Of a DNA stretch of 64,000 nucleotides, positions 31,414 to 38,753 are shown in pieces. Within the stretch, counting starts at the first letter, position 1; every line of letters starts with the position of its first letter. Source of the DNA: an uncultured Pelagibacteraceae bacterium (GTDB lineage Bacteria; Pseudomonadota; Alphaproteobacteria; Pelagibacterales; Pelagibacteraceae); assembly GCA_902614835.1 (NCBI GenBank), contig CACMMU010000001.1, forward strand, positions 15,944-79,943, written 5' to 3'. A model generated the notes under the pieces. It saw only the letters and a list, made by a program, of their open reading frames with translations, made no database searches and had not been told where the DNA came from. Both the position numbers and the translations under genes were made by a program.

Positions 31414-33111
31414 TTAAGATTTTTCTAAACCAAATATCAATTTATTCTCAATTATTTTCTTTAAATCACTGTCTGTATTTTTAAGCTTGAGAACATAATT
31501 CCAATAATATCTAGCTTGAATTTTTTGATTATTTTTCCATAAACAATCTGCAAAATGATCATTAACAATAGGGTCTGATGGCATTAAAATTATTGCCTCT
31601 CTCAAATATTCTTTTGCTTCACTGTATCTATTTAACTTGTATAACGCCCACCCAAGAGAGTCTGTTATATAGCCGTCGTTTTTTTTCAATTCATTTGCCT
31701 CCTCAAGCATGCCCAATGCTTTATTTAAATTTTTTCCCTGCTCAATCCATGTATACGCTAAATAATTCATTACATAGGGTTGTTTTGGAGATATTTTTAA
31801 AGACATCAACAAATCTTTTTCTGCCAAATTCAATTTGTTTATTCTTTCGTAAGCAGTCCCTCTTCTATCTAAAACTTGATAGTAAAGATTGTGCTCAGTA
31901 TTAATTTTTAGTAAAATTTTTGAATATAAATCAATTGCTGTTTCAAATTCTTCTCTATTCCTTAAAAAATTTGCAAAATCATAAATTTGATAAACATCAG
32001 GGTCGATAGTTTTATATGTCTTTTTTAAAAAATTAATTGCTTCTTTTTTTTTATCCTGAGCATCCAATATAAATGCAATTTTTCTATTTGAATGCCATTG
32101 GTAGACGCTACCGGTATTTGATAATTTTTTATAGATCTTCATTGATTTATCATATTTTCCCAGAATGAAGAAATTTTCAGCCAATAAAGACTCATATGAA
32201 GTAAAATTTGGATTTAAATATAATGATAAATTAATATAGAAATTAGAGAGCTCATAATTCCCTTGTGTGGCAAGTGCATTTGCAACAATGTAAAAAATTT
32301 CAGCTAAAATATGATTTTTATTTTTACAATAAAATTTGTTGTTATTTTTTTTATCTTTATCCAATACTTTTTTGAATTGATTAATTAAAAGATTTTTGGG
32401 GTACTTTGTTGATGCATAATTAATTAGTTTATTTGACTCAGTTTTTTTACCTTTGTTTAATAAATAATTTGCATGAAAAAAGTAGTATCTAGAAAAATTA
32501 TTCTCTTTATTTCCGTATAATTCTTTAAAAATTTTTTCAGTATTTTCAGTATCATAAAAACAATGCGCTAATGCATTTTGAATAACTTTAAAATTGTTAT
32601 ATCTGTCAGATAAATTTTCTATATTTGATAAACCTTTTTCTTTATCGCTCTTGTCTATAGCTGACCAGTTAATTAGAGAGGTTTTTAATACATTGAAAAC
32701 TGCTCTGTGCTCAAAACTTTGCTCTATTTGTTTAAAATAAATTTTTGCTTTAGAGGTTTTACCTCTTTTAAATTCACTTAAACCTAAAATTAATTTACTC
32801 TCAAAATTAAATATTTTTTTCGCCTCTAAATTTCTAGAATATTTTTTTGCTTCATTAAATTTCTGTAAATTCACTAATGACTGGATATATTTAGCTGTAA
32901 AATCAGAGCTATCCTTTTCAGAACCTTTTATTTTTTTAAAGAATTCTTTGGATTTTAAATAATCAAAATCATTAAATGATATAAGTGCAGAAAAGTAACC
33001 TGATAAATTTTTAGCGTTATAATTGAAATCTGTATTTTTAGAGTAAGATGAACTGGAGAAGACAACGCCTATTAATGTGTATAATAAAACTAAAAAAAAA
33101 TGTATTTTCAT
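31414..33111 (-). CDS. secreted tetratricopeptide-repeat (TPR) protein
   Basis: 565 aa. N-terminal signal-like segment (MKIHFFLVLLYTLIGVVFSSSSYS) and many TPR-like A/Y/L periodic repeats. Sits upstream of ispE, as in many alphaproteobacteria (from memory). Confidence 0.78.
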   Translation of the reverse strand: MKIHFFLVLLYTLIGVVFSSSSYSKNTDFNYNAKNLSGYFSALISFNDFDYLKSKEFFKKIKGSEKDSSDFTAKYIQSLVNLQKFNEAKKYSRNLEAKKIFNFESKLILGLSEFKRGKTSKAKIYFKQIEQSFEHRAVFNVLKTSLINWSAIDKSDKEKGLSNIENLSDRYNNFKVIQNALAHCFYDTENTEKIFKELYGNKENNFSRYYFFHANYLLNKGKKTESNKLINYASTKYPKNLLINQFKKVLDKDKKNNNKFYCKNKNHILAEIFYIVANALATQGNYELSNFYINLSLYLNPNFTSYESLLAENFFILGKYDKSMKIYKKLSNTGSVYQWHSNRKIAFILDAQDKKKEAINFLKKTYKTIDPDVYQIYDFANFLRNREEFETAIDLYSKILLKINTEHNLYYQVLDRRGTAYERINKLNLAEKDLLMSLKISPKQPYVMNYLAYTWIEQGKNLNKALGMLEEANELKKNDGYITDSLGWALYKLNRYSEAKEYLREAIILMPSDPIVNDHFADCLWKNNQKIQARYYWNYVLKLKNTDSDLKKIIENKLIFGLEKS

Positions 33112-33116
33112 GATGT

Positions 33117-33824
33117 ATGAAAAATTATAAAAAAAAAATTTATCATAAACTTATAAATAATAAAGTTAGTTATAGTAGCAAAACTATAGACAGATATAAA
33201 AAAAATAATGATAAAAAAGTCATCAATACTGTTTCCGTTAAAATACCGCAGCTAGAGAAGCTTAAAAAACATATTAATTCTATCAAAAATTGTGATTTGA
33301 AAAATAATGCAACAAATATGGTTTTTGCAGACGGAAATCCTAATTCTTCTTTAATGATAATTGGAGAGGGTCCTGGTGCAAACGAAGATAAAGAGGGCAA
33401 ACCATTCGTGGGTAGAGCAGGAAAACTTTTAGATAAAATGTTAGATGCTATAAAACTTAACAGAAAAAATGTTTATATTTCTAATGTTGTTAATTTTAGA
33501 CCACCAATGAATAGAAGGCCAACAGATGAAGAAATAATTAGATATCTTCCGTTTTTAAAAAAACATATAGAAATAATTAATCCAAAAATTTTACTTTTGC
33601 TTGGTAGTACAGCTCTTAACGCTTTAGTAGGTAATGAAGTAGTAATTTCAAAAGCAAGAGGAAAATGGATAAATAAAAAAATTGGTAACATTGAATTAGA
33701 GGTAATAGCCTCATTTCATCCAGCTTTTCTTATGAGACAACCTGACCAAAAAAAACACGCTTGGGAAGATCTAAAAATGATTAGAAAAAAAATGTCAGAC
33801 TTAAAAATTAAATTAAATGGTTAA
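33117..33824 (+). CDS. uracil-DNA glycosylase, family 4
   Basis: Motifs CDLKNNATNMVFADGNPNSSLMIIGEGPGANEDKEGKPFVGRAGKLL and HPAFLMR. The exact start is uncertain, since the ATG lies only 5 nt from the divergent TPR start. Confidence 0.85.
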   Translation: MKNYKKKIYHKLINNKVSYSSKTIDRYKKNNDKKVINTVSVKIPQLEKLKKHINSIKNCDLKNNATNMVFADGNPNSSLMIIGEGPGANEDKEGKPFVGRAGKLLDKMLDAIKLNRKNVYISNVVNFRPPMNRRPTDEEIIRYLPFLKKHIEIINPKILLLLGSTALNALVGNEVVISKARGKWINKKIGNIELEVIASFHPAFLMRQPDQKKHAWEDLKMIRKKMSDLKIKLNG

Positions 33825-34386
33825 AAAAATTTTTGCCGGTATAGATGAGGTCGGAAGAGGTTGTTTAGCAGGCCCTGTTATTTCGTGTGCGCTTATTTTA
33901 AAAGAAAATGTAAATAAGAAATATATAAAGGACTCTAAAACTATATCTTTTAAGAATAGAGTGAAAATTGCTAGATATATTAAAAAAAATTCTTGGTATG
34001 CGATTGGATATGCGTCTGTTAAGGAAATAGATAAATATAATATTTTTAATGCAACTCTTCTTTCTATGGAAAGAGCTATTAAAAAATTAAAAAAAAAACC
34101 TGATCTTTTTTTGGTTGATGGGACACATGCACCTAAAAAATTAAAAAATTCTAAAACCATAATTAAAGGAGATCAAAAAATTAAGTGTATTTCTGCAGCT
34201 TCGATTGTTGCTAAGGTCTACAGGGATCATTATATGATAAAATTAGGAACTAAATTTCCCCAATACAAATGGAATAAAAATTTTGGTTATGGAACCTGGC
34301 AACACTTAGGTGCTCTTAAAAAATTCGGAGTAACCAATTATCACAGAAAAAGTTATAGGCCCGTACACAACATCTTGTTTAAATAA
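33817..34386 (+). CDS. rnhB: ribonuclease HII
   Basis: GIDEVGRGCLAGPV active-site motif, DSK and ASIVAK. 8-nt overlap with the UDG gene. Confidence 0.93.
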   Translation: MVKKIFAGIDEVGRGCLAGPVISCALILKENVNKKYIKDSKTISFKNRVKIARYIKKNSWYAIGYASVKEIDKYNIFNATLLSMERAIKKLKKKPDLFLVDGTHAPKKLKNSKTIIKGDQKIKCISAASIVAKVYRDHYMIKLGTKFPQYKWNKNFGYGTWQHLGALKKFGVTNYHRKSYRPVHNILFK

Positions 34387-34405
34387 GATTTCCTAGCACA
34401 CAATA

Positions 34406-34439
34406 GACTCGACTAAAAAAAAAAATTGACGATGGATTC
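34406..34439. promoter_or_regulatory. two GANTC (CcrM target) sites in the ccrM upstream region
   Basis: GACTC at 34406-34410 and GATTC at 34435-34439, 23-56 nt upstream of the ccrM ATG, inside a 75-nt intergenic spacer that also carries an A11 run (34415-34425). Confidence 0.4.
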
Positions 34440-34461
34440 AATTTAAGGTTGAATTCAATAA

Positions 34462-35529
34462 ATGACAAAATTTTTTGATAGGATTGTTTGTGGGGACTCT
34501 TTAGATACTTTAAAAAAGATTCCTGATAAAACTTTTGATCTAGTTTTTGCTGATCCTCCCTACAACATGCAAATTGGTAAAAGATTAAAAAGACCTGATG
34601 ACAGTAAAGTATATGGAGTAAATGATAAGTGGGATCAATTTTCAGACTTTGAACATTACGACAATTTCTCTAAAACATGGTTAAAAGAATGTAAGAGAGT
34701 TTTAAAGGACAATGGTTCTATATGGGTAATAGGAACTTATCATAATATTTTCAGACTTGGTTACTATATTCAAAATTTAAATTACTGGATATTAAATGAT
34801 GTTATTTGGAGAAAAAATAATCCAATGCCAAACTTTAAAGGAACACGATTTACAAATGCTCATGAGACTCTAATTTGGGCTTCAAAAAATAAGAGATCAA
34901 AATATACATTTAATTACCAATCTTTAAAATGTTTAAATGACGATTTACAGATGAGATCAGATTGGACCGTTCCTATTTGCAATGGAAAAGAAAGGCTAAA
35001 AAAAAATGGCAAAAAAGTTCATTCAACACAAAAACCTGAGTCTTTGCTTTATAGAATTATATTGGCAACAACCAATAAGGGTGATGTAATTTTCGACCCT
35101 TTCTTAGGAACAGGAACTACGGCGGTCGTTGCAAAAAAATTGGGCAGAAGATACTTTGGTATTGAAAAAGATAGAAGATATTTTGAATCAGCCAAAGAAA
35201 GAATTAATAAAGCAAGTATAATAGAAGATGATTATTTAGATACACTCCAAAATAATAAATCTAAACCAAGGGTACCATTTGGTTCTTTAATAGAGATGGG
35301 ACTAATAAAACCTGGAACAATACTTTTTGATCCAAAAAAGAAATTTAATGCAAAGATAATGGTTGATGGAAGTCTAAAATGTCAGCAAACTGCGGGTTCA
35401 ATCCACAAAGTTGCAGCAAAGATGATGGGGGCAGAAAGTTGTAATGGCTGGACCTACTGGCACTATCAATCGGGTAAGAGTTTTAAACCAATTGACGAAT
35501 TAAGAGAAAAGCTAAGACCAGCCTCTTAA
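34462..35529 (+). CDS. ccrM: site-specific DNA adenine methyltransferase, CcrM type (GANTC)
   Basis: Beta-class N6-MTase order: DPPY first (VFADPPYNMQ), then the SAM motif (DPFLGTGTT), plus the ~80-aa C-terminal domain typical of CcrM. No adjacent restriction gene. Confidence 0.92.
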   Translation: MTKFFDRIVCGDSLDTLKKIPDKTFDLVFADPPYNMQIGKRLKRPDDSKVYGVNDKWDQFSDFEHYDNFSKTWLKECKRVLKDNGSIWVIGTYHNIFRLGYYIQNLNYWILNDVIWRKNNPMPNFKGTRFTNAHETLIWASKNKRSKYTFNYQSLKCLNDDLQMRSDWTVPICNGKERLKKNGKKVHSTQKPESLLYRIILATTNKGDVIFDPFLGTGTTAVVAKKLGRRYFGIEKDRRYFESAKERINKASIIEDDYLDTLQNNKSKPRVPFGSLIEMGLIKPGTILFDPKKKFNAKIMVDGSLKCQQTAGSIHKVAAKMMGAESCNGWTYWHYQSGKSFKPIDELREKLRPAS

Positions 35530-36665
35530 ATTTGTTGATAAATATCTCCTAAATAGCTGTTCAAAAATTTTTGACTTTTTGTAATTTTTTTTAAAATAAT
35601 ATTTCTAGCTTTTACCAATAAAGGATTAGATAAATGAAATGAAAAATAGTTAATTCTTGATCTGCTATTAATTAATTTAGTTTTTTGTAATCTTTTTTGG
35701 AAGTAAAGACTCTGCACCTCTTTAGTATTTTGAGATAGTAATTCGAATAATTCAAAAGCAGCTTCTATTGACTGTGAAGCTCCTTGGGCCATAGTAGGAT
35801 TAAAAGTGTAAAAAGCATCACCCAAATAAAATAAATTTTCATAAATTGATTTTGAAGGTTTTTTAGATACATAAATTGGCCAGTATTCTAATTGACTTTT
35901 AAATAGACTCTCTAAATTTTTATTCTGTGAAAGTATTTCTTTTTTGATTATCTCTTTTAAATCAATATTGTTATGTAATTTTTGTCTAATTATACAAACT
36001 AAATTTAATTCACCTCTTTTATTAATTGGATAAATTACAATATGAGCATTTTTTAACATTATCAAAGAAATATTTTTTTTATCAAAGGTAAAATGCTGAG
36101 TGTCTTTAATAAGTGTTCTTATAGCGATTGAACCATTATAAAAAGGTTTAATATTTTTGTTTTCTACAACAGATTTTGTATTTGAAAAAACTCCATCCGA
36201 AATAACTATATAATCTACTAGATCATTTGTATTGTCTCTAAAATTTATTAGTAATTTATCTTTTACTTTTGAAACCTTTGTTACATTTTTTCCAAATTTT
36301 ATATTATTTAAAAATAAATCAGTTTTTAAAAATTCTATTAAGGTAGACCTTTTTAAAGTTGTATATTTAACTTTATTTGTATTAAATTTATCTAAATTTA
36401 AATCGCAAATTTTATTGTTGTCATTAGAATAAAAATTTAATTTTAGGGGGTTAAAAAAATTATTATTTTCAAGATTATGAAATTTAATTTTGTTTAAGAT
36501 TGAAATACTATTTGGCGCTAATTGTATTCCATAACCCTCTTCTAAACTAAGTTCTTTTTCTTTTTCGTAAACCATAACTTGAAAATTAGAATTATTTTTA
36601 AATAAATTTGCAGCGGTTAAACCAGCAATTCCAGATCCAATTATTGCAATTTTTTTTGGCATCAA
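35526..36665 (-). CDS. FAD-dependent aromatic-ring monooxygenase (UbiH/salicylate hydroxylase family)
   Basis: N-terminal GxGxxG (IAIIGSGIAGLTAA) and the second FAD motif GDAFYTFNPTMAQGASQSIE. Confidence 0.8.
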   Translation of the reverse strand: MMPKKIAIIGSGIAGLTAANLFKNNSNFQVMVYEKEKELSLEEGYGIQLAPNSISILNKIKFHNLENNNFFNPLKLNFYSNDNNKICDLNLDKFNTNKVKYTTLKRSTLIEFLKTDLFLNNIKFGKNVTKVSKVKDKLLINFRDNTNDLVDYIVISDGVFSNTKSVVENKNIKPFYNGSIAIRTLIKDTQHFTFDKKNISLIMLKNAHIVIYPINKRGELNLVCIIRQKLHNNIDLKEIIKKEILSQNKNLESLFKSQLEYWPIYVSKKPSKSIYENLFYLGDAFYTFNPTMAQGASQSIEAAFELFELLSQNTKEVQSLYFQKRLQKTKLINSRSRINYFSFHLSNPLLVKARNIILKKITKSQKFLNSYLGDIYQQI

Positions 36666-37663
36666 TATAAATTTTCTACCTGTCTAAAAATTTTTTTTGT
36701 AAAGGTTGGGACAAAGACTCTTTTGTTATAGAGAGAATGCCAATTTAAATCTTTTGGAATTCTGTTTGCAAATTTATAATATAAATTAATATCTAGTTTT
36801 TTATTAGATATTGAATTTTTATAATTACATAAAAAATTCCAATTTTTAAAACTTTTTTTACCTAATTTTTTTCTTACTATTGGTAAATTATATTCTTTTA
36901 GAAATCCCAAATTATTATTTTTTGTTAAGCCAATTTGTTTTTTTTTATTTAGGTAGCAAAAAATATTGTAACTTAATTTATTTGCCCTAATTCTGTCAGT
37001 TAACTTTTTTGTGTTGCCAGATCCGTAAAATTTACAAGTTTTTTTAATTGGACAGATTTTGCAATGAGGGTCTCTGGGTTTGCAAATTAAAGCACCAAAT
37101 TCCATTAGGGCTTCTGCGAAATCTGAATTTCTTTTTGAATTAAATAATTTTTTTTTATTTTTCTCAATAATTTTCTCAAAATTTAATTTATTTTCATGTT
37201 TGTTTAGTATTCTTGAAAAAACTCTCTTTACATTTCCGTCAATGCCTAATCGAGGTTGATTGTATACTAAAGCTAACAAAATATTTCCGGTATAATCACC
37301 TATTCCAGGAAGTTTTTTTATTTCATTTAAATTTTTTGGAAGAATAGAATTATTTTCTTTCGTTATAATTTTTGCTGTTTTTAATAGATTTGTTGCTCTT
37401 CGATAGTAACCTAAGCCTTCCCAGAGTTTGAAAATTTTTCTTTTATTAGTTGTAGAAAGTCTTGTTAAGGTTTCTATTTCTTTTGTGAATCTTTTAAAAT
37501 ATGGCAATACAGTTTTAACTTGCGTTTGTTGCAACATAAATTCACTCAATAATCTATAGTAAAGCTTTTTAGGAGAATTAAATTTTACTCTCCAAGGTAA
37601 TGTGCGTTTATTATTATCATACCAACAGATTATTTTTTTTGATAGGTTCTTATTAATATGCAT
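36662..37663 (-). CDS. mutY: A/G-specific adenine DNA glycosylase
   Basis: HhH-GPD domain (LPGIGDYTGN), 4Fe-4S loop C-x6-C-x2-C-x5-C (CKPRDPHCKICPIKKTC) and a NUDIX-like C-domain. Confidence 0.9.
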   Translation of the reverse strand: MHINKNLSKKIICWYDNNKRTLPWRVKFNSPKKLYYRLLSEFMLQQTQVKTVLPYFKRFTKEIETLTRLSTTNKRKIFKLWEGLGYYRRATNLLKTAKIITKENNSILPKNLNEIKKLPGIGDYTGNILLALVYNQPRLGIDGNVKRVFSRILNKHENKLNFEKIIEKNKKKLFNSKRNSDFAEALMEFGALICKPRDPHCKICPIKKTCKFYGSGNTKKLTDRIRANKLSYNIFCYLNKKKQIGLTKNNNLGFLKEYNLPIVRKKLGKKSFKNWNFLCNYKNSISNKKLDINLYYKFANRIPKDLNWHSLYNKRVFVPTFTKKIFRQVENLY

Positions 37664-38152
37664 AAAAAAAAGAAATATATTAATAAATCAATGTATTCTA
37701 TTCAAGGGTTAAGCACGGTTGGAAATTCGTTGCCTAAATCATTAAATAAAATTCTAAAAAAAGGTGGACACAATTATTCTTCTATAATTAATAATTGGGT
37801 CGAATTAGTTGGAAAAAAAACTTCAGATATATGCTACCCTAAGTCTATCAAAACAAACAGGGAATTAGAAAACGGTATACTTGTTTTGAATGTGAGTCAT
37901 GGAAATCAACTTGATGTGGAATATAGTAAAAAAGATATAATTGATAAAATTAATTCTTTTTTTGGATACCAATTTATAAAACAAATAAAAACTGTTTTAA
38001 TAGATGAAAAAATAATCACCAAAAATAAAAAAAATTTTATTGGAAATAAAAATGAAAAAATAAATAATATGATAGATGAAATCAAAGATTTTAAGCTCAA
38101 GAGAAAACTCACTGATCTTGCGAATGAATTTGGGAAAAAAAAATCGAAATAG
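37658..38152 (+). CDS. DUF721 (DciA-like) protein
   Basis: 164 aa. The NNWVELVGKKTSDICYPKSIK...GILVLNVSHGNQL pattern resembles DUF721. The position between mutY and dsbA/smc is conserved in alphaproteobacteria (from memory). The true start may be the internal ATG at 37691. Confidence 0.55.
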   Translation: MHKKKKYINKSMYSIQGLSTVGNSLPKSLNKILKKGGHNYSSIINNWVELVGKKTSDICYPKSIKTNRELENGILVLNVSHGNQLDVEYSKKDIIDKINSFFGYQFIKQIKTVLIDEKIITKNKKNFIGNKNEKINNMIDEIKDFKLKRKLTDLANEFGKKKSK

Positions 38153-38156
38153 TATT

Positions 38157-38753
38157 ATGAGAATTAAGTTTTTCAATTTTTCTTTAATAATATTATTTTT
38201 AACTTTTTTAAATTCAAATTATTCTCTCGCAAATAATAATGAAGCTCTTTTTGGAAATGACGATTCAAAAATAATTGTAAAAGTTTTTTCCTCTTTAACT
38301 TGCCCGCACTGTGCAAATTTTCATAAAAAAATTTTTGAAGAATTAAGAAAAGACTATCCAAGTATAGTAAAATTTGAGCATCATGGCTTTCCCTTGGATT
38401 TAGCAGCGCTCAATGCTGAAAAATTATTAAATTGCTTTCAAAATAAATCAAAGAAAATTAGCTTTTTAAATGAAATTTATGAAAAGCAAGACACTTGGGC
38501 TAACGGTTCAGATATTAACAAAATAAACTCGAATCTGATTAAAATTGCTAAGAAACACGGCTTAAATAATGATATGATTAACAATTGTTTGGTTGATACT
38601 GAAATTGAAGATAAAATTTTAAACAAGAGAATAATGGCACAAAAAAAATATTCTATAGACTCAACTCCATCAATATTTATTAACGAAAAAAAATATGAAG
38701 GAAAATATATTTATGAAGATTTCAAAAAAATAATAGAGAAAGAGATTAAATGA
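38157..38753 (+). CDS. DsbA-family periplasmic thiol:disulfide oxidoreductase
   Basis: Signal peptide (MRIKFFNFSLIILFLTFLNSNYSLA) and the thioredoxin-fold active site CPHC. ATG at 38157 is preferred to the track start at 38076. Confidence 0.85.
   Translation: MRIKFFNFSLIILFLTFLNSNYSLANNNEALFGNDDSKIIVKVFSSLTCPHCANFHKKIFEELRKDYPSIVKFEHHGFPLDLAALNAEKLLNCFQNKSKKISFLNEIYEKQDTWANGSDINKINSNLIKIAKKHGLNNDMINNCLVDTEIEDKILNKRIMAQKKYSIDSTPSIFINEKKYEGKYIYEDFKKIIEKEIK

Noticed and set aside
33813-34160. 115-aa minus-strand ORF
   Set aside because: It lies entirely antisense to rnhB, which carries unambiguous RNase HII motifs.
34443-34457. CtrA box (TTAA-N7-TTAA) upstream of ccrM
   Set aside because: The second half-site is TTCA, not TTAA. 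TTAA is extremely frequent in this AT-rich DNA, so this is kept only as a side remark in the ccrM finding.
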